Shown: positions 31,617 to 41,493 of the stretch, in pieces | Layout of the letters: every line of letters starts with the position of its first letter | How positions within the stretch are numbered: position 1 is the first letter of the stretch | Source: Gammaproteobacteria bacterium | Lineage (GTDB): Bacteria; Pseudomonadota; Gammaproteobacteria; Burkholderiales; Sulfuricellaceae | DNA: 64,000 nt | Assembly (NCBI GenBank): GCA_018823025.1 | Contig: JAHJJI010000115.1 | Span: forward strand, 1,833 to 65,832 | Direction of reading: 5' to 3' | Translations under genes and position numbers: made by a program | Notes under the pieces: generated by a model | Database searches by the model: none | What the model saw: only the letters and a program-made list of their open reading frames with translations | What the model was told of the DNA's origin: nothing

Positions 31617-32258
31617 CTACTCAAGCTCCTTGGCTATCCGCTGCTTGAACCCTTTGTGGCGGATCTCCGCATCCTGAATGCCTTTCAGTATGCGCTGCTC
31701 TTTAGCTGTTTTTTGATTCGTTTCTTTCTGTTGCTTGGCCAACTCAGTTTCTCGCTTGAATATGGCGTCATAATCTGACGAGCGCATTATGATGCTTGCG
31801 TGGTTATCGCCAATGTATAACCTCATGCTGGTATTGTTGGCGCTCTTCCAGATCGTGTTTTTAAACATTTCCGCTGATGGTGCACCGTATTTAGCAGTGA
31901 GCGCCTTCTTCACCCGCCCCTCGAATGCCGCTAGGCCATTTGATTGAGCCGATAACTGGACAATTACTTCCAATATCTTATCGTCCGCAGCGTATAGCTG
32001 AAGAGATATTACTTTTTCACCCGCAAACGTTTCATATTTCCCAAGATTGAAGTCTATACGGCAGGCTTGATGATTCAGTTCGGCCTGGCAGGATGCTAAA
32101 AGCGGGTCAGCCCTCTCCAATCCGGACAAACTGGCACCAAGGGTTATCCCCTTTAGGCCAAACTCAGGCAGGGTTTCAGCCGACTGCGAGAGGGACGGCA
32201 ACAAGCTGAAACACGCAATAATGGCTACGATTAACATTTTCTTTGATTCGGATCGCAT
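31617..32258 (-). CDS. Secreted protein of unknown function (paralogue of upstream gene)
   Basis: Signal peptide (MLIVAIIACFSLLPSLSQSA). Shares the motifs FGLKGITLGASLSG and KYGAPS with the 32259-33146 product. Confidence 0.6.
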   Translation of the reverse strand: MRSESKKMLIVAIIACFSLLPSLSQSAETLPEFGLKGITLGASLSGLERADPLLASCQAELNHQACRIDFNLGKYETFAGEKVISLQLYAADDKILEVIVQLSAQSNGLAAFEGRVKKALTAKYGAPSAEMFKNTIWKSANNTSMRLYIGDNHASIIMRSSDYDAIFKRETELAKQQKETNQKTAKEQRILKGIQDAEIRHKGFKQRIAKELE

Positions 32259-33146
32259 TTACATGTCCCCCTGTGAGCGATTTGCTTGCTTCTGAGCTTC
32301 TTCATTAGCTAAGGCAGTCATCGCAGCTTCATATGTAGCAACATTTCGAATGTGCAATTGACCTGCATTTAGTGCCCTGTTGCATTCAATAATGTCCCCG
32401 GTGAATCTATCGAATGTACCCCCCTCTTTACAAGCAAGTTCCCTGTACAATTTCATATCGACTACATCTTCTTTATCAACAACAATGAATGATTCATCAT
32501 TCTCAACCCAGGTTGATGTTTTAGACAGTGCTTTTGCGGGTTTCGCATAGTCACTTGATGATTGCCAAACCATAGAGTCCTCAGTGTTCGTAGGCGCCCC
32601 ATATTTCTCTTCAGCGGCTTCAGCCACCAAGTCATAGAATAAATATTTTTTTTCTGGAGGCCAACCTTCAGGTTTGTAATTTATCCCTGTCGCATGCGCG
32701 AGGGTAATATCGATAAGCCGACCATCGCTTGAGAATAACAGTAATGCAAAGAGGACTCTCAAGTCACCAAACTGCTTCCAATTATTGTTTGTGAGCAGTG
32801 GCGCACACACTGAAACAGCCTTACTGAAGCCAGGTGGCGTGCAGTTAAATCCATTATCTTTTCTGAACCCATCAATACTCGCGCCAAGGGTTACACCCTT
32901 CAATTTGAACTTATGTGCTTTGCCATCGCTGTGCATGATAGTCTGCGCCGCAGTCTCCTGTGGTGCTACAGGAGGTGCTGCGGGCGCAGCCAAAGTTGGA
33001 GCAGCCTGTACAGCGGCGTTGCTGACGGGAACTGGCTCGGTGGATTTTTTGCTGCAACCGGTAAGCGATGCAGACGCTGCTATTAACACAGCTAAAAGAA
33101 CAGGCAATCTCAGTACAATTGTTATGCTAGCCATTGACTTCTCCAA
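32259..33146 (-). CDS. Lipoprotein of unknown function
   Basis: Lipobox LTGC. Motifs FKLKGVTLGASIDG and KYGAPT. Its stop directly abuts the next start (TAAATG). Confidence 0.6.
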   Translation of the reverse strand: MEKSMASITIVLRLPVLLAVLIAASASLTGCSKKSTEPVPVSNAAVQAAPTLAAPAAPPVAPQETAAQTIMHSDGKAHKFKLKGVTLGASIDGFRKDNGFNCTPPGFSKAVSVCAPLLTNNNWKQFGDLRVLFALLLFSSDGRLIDITLAHATGINYKPEGWPPEKKYLFYDLVAEAAEEKYGAPTNTEDSMVWQSSSDYAKPAKALSKTSTWVENDESFIVVDKEDVVDMKLYRELACKEGGTFDRFTGDIIECNRALNAGQLHIRNVATYEAAMTALANEEAQKQANRSQGDM

Positions 33147-33283
33147 GAGAAAACACTGTTGACACTTACAATGCTTGGCCCATTAGCGCTAAAGCGGGCT
33201 CTTGCGCCAACAGATTGAGTTTTTCAAGTGTGCCGCAACCAACACCTCCCAGCATGAATCCTTTAATTTGCTGGAATAGCGAT

Positions 33284-33556
33284 CTAGTTTTTGGTGCAGC
33301 GACTGCGCTCGGCCATGCCGTACGTGCGGGAAACCATTCGGTCGTAGGAACGTACGAAGGCCGGATTATTGGACCGCCCCGCCGGGGATTGATCGAAGCT
33401 CAGCAGTTGTCGGTGGATATTTTGGCAAACCGGATTATCTGTCCGCACTTGGCTTGCGGCTCGTTGAGCGTAGGTCTGCCCCGCCAGGGCAGTGACGCTT
33501 ACGGTGGCCAGCGATGCGGCCATGCTCAAAATTGCTACCAGAGTATGTATCTTCAC
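33284..33556 (-). CDS. Small secreted protein (about 90 aa)
   Basis: GTG 33556 is preceded by AAGGAA. Signal peptide KIHTLVAILSMAASLATVSVTALA. Confidence 0.45.
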   Translation of the reverse strand: MKIHTLVAILSMAASLATVSVTALAGQTYAQRAASQVRTDNPVCQNIHRQLLSFDQSPAGRSNNPAFVRSYDRMVSRTYGMAERSRCTKN

Positions 33557-33857
33557 AAAGATTCCTTTTGGGGCGTTAGTAAAGAATGCCAATAACAATG
33601 TGCCACTCGATTGCCATTATGAGTTTAAGTGGGGCATTTACCGTTCCGGCTGTTATACGGTATATCTTTTTTAAATTTTATCGTATTTGGATAAACCCCA
33701 CCTGTCAATCACATATTCCGATACTTATAACGAGACTCACCCAATAAAAGACAGAACAGATCAATCATAGAATCCGGATGCCCGTCTTTCTTTTACTAGG
33801 GCCTAATATTTCTGCGCTGCGAAAGATTTTTCTGACTAGCTGCCCAACAACACATTC

Positions 33858-33892
33858 GAGAGGGGCGCGCGCAGCCCTAACGCGCCCCTCTC
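33858..33892. repeat. Isolated GC-rich perfect hairpin (12-bp stem, 11-nt loop)
   Basis: gagaggggcgcg-cgcagccctaa-cgcgcccctctc, embedded in AT-rich spacer DNA. No adjacent U-run on either strand. Confidence 0.7.
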
Positions 33893-34098
33893 TGTGAACT
33901 TTAAAACTCATTCAGTAATTCCACCGACAAATGGCTGTAGTTCGCCATATTTCAGACGGTTATTCTCGGTAGGTCAAACAACTGTTCATGGCGCAATTGA
34001 GGCGTTAAATGCATAAGCATCAACACGAAAATAATTGTTGTCCCCTCAGTGTAGGTACTGGATGGTCTAGTCATTGACCAACTGTATCGGATTCAGCC

Positions 34099-35181
34099 AT
34101 GAGCATAGTCAAACGGGGAAACAGCAAGTACTGGTACATCCACTTCCAGTTCGATGGACAAATCCATATCAAATCTGCCAGAACAACCAATAAGAAAATT
34201 GCCGAGCAGATGGAGATTGAATGGAAAGCCAAGCTGCATTCTCAACAATATCAAGGCCGTAAACAGCGCCTCACACTGGCTGATGCATTCGAGCAGTACA
34301 AGGCATCCAAGAAAGGGATTTCCAGCTACGGAAACCTGATTGCCCATGAAACCGTGTTAATCCGACTTCTACCGATGAAAAAACACATGGATGAACTGAC
34401 ATCACACGATCTGGAGCGGTTTAAGCAGAAGCGTATAGCTGAAGGTGTAGGTGCAGAAATCATAAAGTATGGCTTGCTGCTGATTCACGGCACACGGAAA
34501 TTTGCTCAAAAATTAGGCTATCAGGTCAGCCCACTGGAATTTCCATCGGTAAAAATACCAAAGGTTCCATTGCGCTACCTGACCGAACAGGAGGAACGTC
34601 GCCTGCTAAATGAACTTGCTCCTAATCGTGAGGGTTCTGGCCTGAAGCCAATGGCTGAGCGCAGCGATGAATTGAAGCGGATGATGCAGGACGCCTATGA
34701 CTTGGTAATCCTGTTACTCGATACCGGAGCAAGATACAGTGAGATTGCCAATATCGAATGGTTCCGTATCAGTCTTGCAGAGAGGACAATTAACCTCTGG
34801 AGGACCAAGGTGCAGAATGAAACTGTGCTTTACATGACGGATCGGGTGTTCGATGTGCTATCTCGTAGATTGGCAACCAAAGCCAGCCCCTATGTGTTCA
34901 ACAACAGCAATGGCGAGGCTCGTGGTTACTGCACCCAATCAATCCGCAAAGCGATTTTACGCGCTGGATTACAAAATTGTAGGGTGCATACGTTGCGTCA
35001 CACCCTAGCCTCGAGGCTGATACAAAATGGAATGAGCGTTTACGAGGTTAGGGAGATTCTAGGGCATAGCGACCTCAAAACGACGATGCGCTACGCCCAC
35101 CTTGAACAGAAGCATGTAACAATCAAAGCTCGTGATGTAATTAATCGGCTAAATCAGATATCTGGGAAGAATGCCGTGTGA
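34099..35181 (+). CDS. Tyrosine site-specific integrase
   Basis: C-terminal catalytic region (LLLDTGARYSE...HTLRHTLASRLIQNGMSVYEVREILGHSDLKTTMRYAHL) shows the R...H-x-x-R...H...Y arrangement. Confidence 0.85.
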   Translation: MSIVKRGNSKYWYIHFQFDGQIHIKSARTTNKKIAEQMEIEWKAKLHSQQYQGRKQRLTLADAFEQYKASKKGISSYGNLIAHETVLIRLLPMKKHMDELTSHDLERFKQKRIAEGVGAEIIKYGLLLIHGTRKFAQKLGYQVSPLEFPSVKIPKVPLRYLTEQEERRLLNELAPNREGSGLKPMAERSDELKRMMQDAYDLVILLLDTGARYSEIANIEWFRISLAERTINLWRTKVQNETVLYMTDRVFDVLSRRLATKASPYVFNNSNGEARGYCTQSIRKAILRAGLQNCRVHTLRHTLASRLIQNGMSVYEVREILGHSDLKTTMRYAHLEQKHVTIKARDVINRLNQISGKNAV

Positions 35182-35286
35182 TTATGTGCAGATTCGGCTT
35201 AATTAGGGTTTCCCCTATACCAAAATGGTTACTTAAGTACTAGGGTGTTTATGCGCAGCGTTTTTCAAGCCAAGGGGGAGTGACAA

Positions 35287-35982
35287 ATGAAAAATAAGAA
35301 TGGAATGACAGTTTTAATAGCCAGCATCGCAATCATGTTGGGTGTTGTTGGTTGTGGTAAGAAGGAAAATCAACAAACAACCGTTCCAAGCACTTCAGTG
35401 GCTAAAGATTCCAACTTACCAGTAGCGGCTAAAGATTCCAGCCTACCAGTTTATAGCAGTAAGCGGGAAGTAATCCCCCCTGAAGAATATCAGGATTTCT
35501 TTAAAGGATTATTCATCAATGATCCCGATGGGGCGAAGAGGCAAGGTTACATCTGCTATAGCGCACAAGAACCGGGGATCAGGCGTTGGATGGATTTCAA
35601 CCCATCTTATAACATAGATAAAGGCATGAACTTAATGGAATTTTTCAAGGATGCAGACCCTTCTAATTCCCTGTCTAAGCCTATCACCCACAGTGGAAAT
35701 TGGTCTCTGAAAAACGGATTGCTGGAGACGAAATTAGTTAAAGAGACGAAGACAACAACTGGCTTGTACAGTCAAACATACCACAACAAAATTAACCTCT
35801 CCATTAATTGGGAAATATTGAAGTTAACCCCGAATTCATTAGTTATGGCAGCGAAATTAGAAGGTGGGACTGTTTACAGGCAGTGTAATCTAGTCGGTGC
35901 ACAATATAGCTATTCGTTTGTAAATGATGGATATATGGAAAAAAAATCGGAGCAGATTGTTTGGCCGGCTATTCCTAAATAA
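35287..35982 (+). CDS. Lipoprotein, unknown function (cassette 1)
   Basis: MKNKNGMTVLIASIAIMLGVVGCGKKE, a lipobox shared with the two following genes. Confidence 0.65.
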   Translation: MKNKNGMTVLIASIAIMLGVVGCGKKENQQTTVPSTSVAKDSNLPVAAKDSSLPVYSSKREVIPPEEYQDFFKGLFINDPDGAKRQGYICYSAQEPGIRRWMDFNPSYNIDKGMNLMEFFKDADPSNSLSKPITHSGNWSLKNGLLETKLVKETKTTTGLYSQTYHNKINLSINWEILKLTPNSLVMAAKLEGGTVYRQCNLVGAQYSYSFVNDGYMEKKSEQIVWPAIPK

Positions 35983-36244
35983 CAACCATTGGTTTCCATC
36001 GACAAGAAATTGAGATTCAAAACCACGGTGGATGTAGGCTTTAATCCCGGCAGGTCTGGCAATGACGCTATCATTACCCGCCCCCTCTAGATCAATCAGG
36101 TCTTGGGAAAATCCTTGCCAACATTTCAATATCCATTTGTATTAAAGAAGATAACAGGCTGACTTAGCAGGGTCGACATATCCAAGTCAGTATTTAAATA
36201 TTGGCGGCCAGATTCTGTAGACCTAAGTCAAGGGGGAGTAACAA

Positions 36245-37897
36245 ATGAGAAAAATGAATGGAATAACAGTTCTGATAGCCAGCATCGCAATCCTTGTTAG
36301 TATTGTTGGGTGTGGTAAGAAAGAGTCTCAGCCAGCTGTTGCTCCCGTGGACGCGGCACCTACCGTTCAGGCCACTCTGGCTGCAGAATGCGCGGAGTTA
36401 AAATCAAAATCAACGCCGACTGGAAGCTCTGAAGGTATTGCAGAACCCAATTACCCAGGTTTCTCAACGGACGAATTCACCAAATTGGCTGAAAAGTTGA
36501 GTCAATCTGGAAGTTCGATAAAGCCGGAAGCAATGCTGATTTGGATGAATTTTAAGGCAAATCAAGAGAGAGACAAGATTTTCTCTTACGAAGCAAACCA
36601 CTCTCATTCCATTGATACTATTGCAGCTGTTTTAGAAAAACCATATGAAGATGAATTTGCAAAGCATATGTATTTATCCAATAGGATATTTGATGTATTT
36701 GGCACACCATTCGTAAGGAGTGGGCATGTCAGATTGGCTGAATCAAGCTCATTTGTCACGAGTCAAGAGGATGATTTTATCAGTGTAAATATTGATAAGC
36801 TGCATCTCAACCCGGAAGACGTAGAGGAACAAAAGGCTATTCTAGGAGGCACTCTCGTTTTATTTAGCGAATCTAATGGAGTCATTATTCCGGTCGAGCT
36901 TGCCATTCTCGACAAGGATTCTGGTGAGTACAAAATATACAACCTAGGGAAGCAGGAAAGTATTAATTTGAAAGCAGGTTTGGAAAAGAAGATCGTTGAG
37001 AATGCCAGAAAACTGGCAATCCAGAAATCAGGCGTCCCTCCCGACAATGTCGTGATATGGGAAACATCAAACAACGGTGCTAGCACCCCCGGAACAAGCC
37101 AAGCCAGAATTCATTTTAACCAGGTCAACTTTTCCACGGTGCAGGATTTGGCCGAATACATGGGAAGTTCAGCTCCACAAATTGATCCTAAAGGCGAATT
37201 TGAGAAAACAGACGACTATGAAAAACGCCTAGCACAGGCAAAAGTGGAATCGTCTAAAGACCAACTGCAGAAACTGTGTGGCAAAGATGCCAAGCGCAAT
37301 GAAATCATGGCGCCTTATCTCAATGGTGGCGGCCTCGGCAATCCAGTAGTCACTAACGTTACTTACAATGCGGATAAGGGGCAGTTTCTGCTACAGATAG
37401 CCTCAACGACGACGGATTACCGCCTTCCCATGGCTATTAATGTCGATCCAATCAAAGCACCAACGATGAAAGATGACATTGTCGGCATGAAACCGACAGT
37501 CGTGTATGAGTTGAAGGGCGAAATGTTGACTGCCCGAGCTATCCAGCTCATCGACCCCAAAACGGGCAACACCTACCACGTCAACTTCAATTCGCCGGTG
37601 AACCTCAAATTTAATGAAGCTTCCGCCAAGGAGTGGGCAGCTGAAAACGACAAAAAACTAGAAGAATTAGCCAAGCAACAAGCCATTGAAAAGGAAGCTC
37701 GTGAAAAATATGCGCGGGAACATCCAACATACGCTCGATTGATTATGAAAAAAATTAGAACTGACTGGCAGCCGTGCCAGAACTTCATAAATTTGCTTGG
37801 AATGATTGATAGATCTGGATCACCAGACTATATAAAGGAACGTCAGGTTGACAAAATAATTGATTCTGCCGATCGTGCCCGTTGCTTGGTTTATTAA
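36245..37897 (+). CDS. Lipoprotein, unknown function (cassette 2)
   Basis: MRKMNGITVLIASIAILVSIVGCGKKE. The 550-aa mature part is unrelated to its neighbours. Confidence 0.65.
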   Translation: MRKMNGITVLIASIAILVSIVGCGKKESQPAVAPVDAAPTVQATLAAECAELKSKSTPTGSSEGIAEPNYPGFSTDEFTKLAEKLSQSGSSIKPEAMLIWMNFKANQERDKIFSYEANHSHSIDTIAAVLEKPYEDEFAKHMYLSNRIFDVFGTPFVRSGHVRLAESSSFVTSQEDDFISVNIDKLHLNPEDVEEQKAILGGTLVLFSESNGVIIPVELAILDKDSGEYKIYNLGKQESINLKAGLEKKIVENARKLAIQKSGVPPDNVVIWETSNNGASTPGTSQARIHFNQVNFSTVQDLAEYMGSSAPQIDPKGEFEKTDDYEKRLAQAKVESSKDQLQKLCGKDAKRNEIMAPYLNGGGLGNPVVTNVTYNADKGQFLLQIASTTTDYRLPMAINVDPIKAPTMKDDIVGMKPTVVYELKGEMLTARAIQLIDPKTGNTYHVNFNSPVNLKFNEASAKEWAAENDKKLEELAKQQAIEKEAREKYAREHPTYARLIMKKIRTDWQPCQNFINLLGMIDRSGSPDYIKERQVDKIIDSADRARCLVY

Positions 37898-37968
37898 TAG
37901 CTAGATGTTTATTTTGGTATGTAAAAATGACTGTGGCCCTCAAGAACGCTCCCAAGGAGAAGTGACGA

Positions 37969-39198
37969 ATGAAAAATAAGAATGGTATAAAGGTGCTAGT
38001 CGCCTGCATTGCAATCATGATTGGTGTTGTTGGCTGCGGGAAAAAAGACGATAGCCAGAATTCAACATCTAGCGCAGAAAACCTCATTCTTTCAAAAATT
38101 GGCGCATCTTGCTCTCAACCTGGAAACGAAATTCAGATTTTTTTTAGGGATACAGTTATTCCAAATGGATCAAAAATCATGTCATCACAAGTGTGTGACA
38201 TGATGAATGATATGAATGCTAAGGAAATAGCTACCGTCAAAAAGTATACTAATGAGTGGCTGAATGGAGAGGATGGAATATGTAAGCTTATTGCTGAAAA
38301 AGCCTACGCACAATGGGGTTACGAAAGAGCTCTTGAAATTACTCAAATAGGACTAACTGCCAGCCAGGGACAATCTAATGAACACAATTCCAGAATGGTG
38401 TATAACGCCGTAAGAATTTGTCACTCAGACGAAACAAAAGAAAAATACTACAAAGAATCATATTCCGGGCGAACATTTGGCATATTTTCAGTGGGAACGA
38501 TCATCAATCCAACCACAAAGAAAACTTGCCCTGCTTACTTAGCAGAAATGACTGTTCAGTCAAATCGACAGGGTGTATCTACAGTCATGTACCCACTTCG
38601 TGCTTTAAATTGCGATGGCCTAGATTTGACTGCCTATGAAAAACCAGTTGATATGAAAGGCAATACATATATAGAAACGCTGAAATACAGCGGGACGTTA
38701 CCAGAATACTATATAAATTTTGAAGGGGATCGTGTTCCTTTCTTCAAGCCTGGTAGCCAGAATAATATCGCAACTGGTGTGGTCCCAGAGCAAGCCAGCC
38801 CCATCCCCTTGCCTCAGGAGCAGGTGAAAACCACTACTGCCGAGTCACCCAACAAAGAAGCACCGTACATTACTGAGGCAATAATAAAATTTTACGCCTG
38901 CAAAAAGTGCGACACCACAAAAAATCGGAAGCAATCCACCTATGAAGGGCGAATCGACAAGAGTCTAACCAAGGAGGGGGTCTACCGCTATTATCTGGAC
39001 ACCATTCAACCAGCCGAGATCATTATCATAGGTGATCGTTTACCTAAGCAGTTGGCTGATATTGGAAGAACAAAAATAAAACTGACGGGGACATTACTAA
39101 GTTTCTGCACTCCTGAAGAGGAGATTGACCCTAAGAGGGAAAATATTTGTTGGGCGTTTGAGCTATCTGAACCATTTGATATTATCAAACTTGAGTAG
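37969..39198 (+). CDS. Lipoprotein, unknown function (cassette 3)
   Basis: MKNKNGIKVLVACIAIMIGVVGCGKKD. The mature part is Cys-containing and unrelated to its neighbours. Confidence 0.65.
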   Translation: MKNKNGIKVLVACIAIMIGVVGCGKKDDSQNSTSSAENLILSKIGASCSQPGNEIQIFFRDTVIPNGSKIMSSQVCDMMNDMNAKEIATVKKYTNEWLNGEDGICKLIAEKAYAQWGYERALEITQIGLTASQGQSNEHNSRMVYNAVRICHSDETKEKYYKESYSGRTFGIFSVGTIINPTTKKTCPAYLAEMTVQSNRQGVSTVMYPLRALNCDGLDLTAYEKPVDMKGNTYIETLKYSGTLPEYYINFEGDRVPFFKPGSQNNIATGVVPEQASPIPLPQEQVKTTTAESPNKEAPYITEAIIKFYACKKCDTTKNRKQSTYEGRIDKSLTKEGVYRYYLDTIQPAEIIIIGDRLPKQLADIGRTKIKLTGTLLSFCTPEEEIDPKRENICWAFELSEPFDIIKLE

Positions 39199-39773
39199 CA
39201 ATTTACGCTCCAGTTGCCCACGTCTGCCAAGTTGGGGGCGGCTTGAGTGGCGCAGTGACACAGGTATTTATCCCAATGACCTGCTGGGGCTGGTTCTATG
39301 CCAGTCAATAATCGTTGCCATCACAGCATGATTGAATGACAGTCTATTCATAACTCCAAGACTGTTTGCCAGCATTGTGTGGGTCAATAAACTGACAAAG
39401 CTGGAACCCATTCGAGGACGCTCATCGGCGTCCTCTTCTTTTACACCCGGTAAGACCTCCACCACAAGCTGTATGGGTTTATGACGTACCTCAAAGTCGC
39501 CACGGAAACCAAGCGGTTAATTGCCAGGATTTGAAACTGGGCTAGTTTCTGTGTCAGGTCGTTGAGAATTACAGCGATGGCGAGTCGCCAAAAAATCATA
39601 CTGTATTTTTCCTATTAACAATCACTTGATTTCTAATCCGTATTACTATTGCATATGGCCTTGGTGCGCAACCAGATCAGACATGGCGCAAGAGAAACTT
39701 CACAACAAAATCTACCACTATTTTCGGATAGCGGTTCCTGAATATTATGTGATTTATTAACGTTTAATTTCAA

Positions 39774-41486
39774 ATGAAGCTAAAAACTATCCGCATCGAA
39801 AAATTCCGCGCGATTCGTTCATCGGAGATCCGCGTTAATTCTGAACTCGCCTTGGTGGGCCAGAACAGTGCTGGTAAATCTTCTGTGCTTCGAGCCTTAA
39901 ATGCATTCTTCAACTTCAATGATGAGAAGGAGGCATTTGATCTTGGCAGGCACAACTTCCAAAAAACATCCACTGCTGAGATTGACCTCAGCTTTGTGGA
40001 AACTCCTGTGGCGTGCACAATAGCTCGAGTAACAATTGGTGGAGATGAGGTTCGTGTACGACTTCGATTCAAACGTACTGATTCTTGGCAGGTTTACACT
40101 AACGGAATTTGGGCGTCTGTTGCTTCTGATTTTCACACTGAATTACGCAAATTTATCAGCTACGTTTACGTGCCACTACGCCGGGATCATGAGATATCTG
40201 GGTGGGGTGATCACGGACTTTTGCAGACAGCCGTTGAGGCTTGGGTCAAGCACCACACGAGTAGGCGGGATAGCATAAGCCCTAGAGTTGCGGAGCTCGG
40301 ACAAATGATCCAGCGAAGGGCTTTTGATGGCTTGAGTAAGCAGCTAAGAAAGGTTACTCCAATCAATGGAGCCTTCACATTCAACCTAGAGTACACGCGC
40401 CCTCCTGACTATAGCTTGCTTCTTAGGGATCTTATTCTTCGTGTTACAGAGGGAACCACCACAGTAGACCTTCAAGACTGTGGTAGTGGAACACAGAGCA
40501 TGACTGCATTTGCGCTCTACTCTTACCTTGCCGAGTTGGAAGGCAATACTTATATCTTGGGTATTGAAGAGCCCGAACAAAACCTGCATCCTCAAGCACA
40601 ACGCGAACTGCTAGCAAACCTTCGTGCGCTCCCATTGCAGGTGCTATTTACAACACATTCGACAGTAATACTCGATGATTTACGCCACGATGAAGTTGTC
40701 TTGTGTCGTCGCGTCAAATCTGCCACACGAGGTATTGAGGTTACAACCACCCAGTTAGCCGCAACATTTTGGTCCACGTCAGGCCTCAACGAGGAACGCT
40801 ATTATCACTTTTACCGTCGTAGGAATTCGGAATTCTTTTTTTCGAACTTTGTCATCCTAACAGAAAGCCCGATTGATGCTGAGCTAGTGAAAGAACTCCT
40901 GCGTCAAGCAAAGACAGATACAGTTACTCACTCTGTGTCTATTCTCAGCGTCGATGGAGTCCAATCATTGCCATATGCATATCATCTCCTACGTGCACTC
41001 GATTTAGATTTCGCAACCGTCGTTGATAAGGACTATTTCATGCCGTATCTACACGATGAGCTAGAAACTAGCAGAGATGCGCGAGGATTTCCCCGTTACC
41101 GCAAGGAGTTTAACAAAGGGACATTGCTGGAGAACATGCTGCCAAGCACTGCTGAACGGGCAACGCTGTTGAACCTCTTCCACGGCAACCATTCTCGAGC
41201 AATGGACATTCTAGAAAAATTCAATGTGTTTTGTTTTAAGTGGTCACTAGAAATCGACCTGGTTAACTCAACCACAGCTCGCCAGCTGCTGTTTCAAGGG
41301 CTAAATATTGCCGGTGGAGACCAAACAACAAATACTTTGTTGGTCACCCGGAAAAAGGCGCTTAAAAAACTTGAGACCCTTCTTCCGGTTGTCCAAGGAG
41401 TTCAGCCATCAAACCTCCCTAACTCTTACAAGAGACTGAGGAGAACCCTGCCTGACCTCATTAAAAAAACTGGTTTTTTACACTAA
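39774..41486 (+). CDS. OLD-family ATP-dependent endonuclease (ABC-type ATPase + Toprim)
   Basis: Walker A GQNSAGKSS, signature-like GSGTQS, Walker B ILGIEEPEQNLHP. The C-terminal Toprim-like region has ILTESPID...SVDGVQS...VVDKD. Confidence 0.75.
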   Translation: MKLKTIRIEKFRAIRSSEIRVNSELALVGQNSAGKSSVLRALNAFFNFNDEKEAFDLGRHNFQKTSTAEIDLSFVETPVACTIARVTIGGDEVRVRLRFKRTDSWQVYTNGIWASVASDFHTELRKFISYVYVPLRRDHEISGWGDHGLLQTAVEAWVKHHTSRRDSISPRVAELGQMIQRRAFDGLSKQLRKVTPINGAFTFNLEYTRPPDYSLLLRDLILRVTEGTTTVDLQDCGSGTQSMTAFALYSYLAELEGNTYILGIEEPEQNLHPQAQRELLANLRALPLQVLFTTHSTVILDDLRHDEVVLCRRVKSATRGIEVTTTQLAATFWSTSGLNEERYYHFYRRRNSEFFFSNFVILTESPIDAELVKELLRQAKTDTVTHSVSILSVDGVQSLPYAYHLLRALDLDFATVVDKDYFMPYLHDELETSRDARGFPRYRKEFNKGTLLENMLPSTAERATLLNLFHGNHSRAMDILEKFNVFCFKWSLEIDLVNSTTARQLLFQGLNIAGGDQTTNTLLVTRKKALKKLETLLPVVQGVQPSNLPNSYKRLRRTLPDLIKKTGFLH

Positions 41487-41493
41487 TATTTTT

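Noticed and set aside
34099-39198. Inversion-type shufflon or phase-variation locus (integrase + lipoprotein genes)
   Set aside because: All three conserved 5' modules are in direct, not inverted, orientation, and each gene has its own RBS and start. The classical invertible-promoter or shufflon model therefore does not fit. Only a deletion or cassette-swap model remains, and it is reported as a finding.
39230-39470. 65-aa minus-strand ORF (39268-39465), possibly a fragment of a transposase or other decayed gene
   Set aside because: I could not match it to any family by eye, so it is left unannotated.
39774-41486. Gabija (GajA/GajB) call for the OLD-family gene
   Set aside because: No UvrD-like helicase gene follows. 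The next gene is about 500 bp away, beyond a repeat, and is a methyltransferase.
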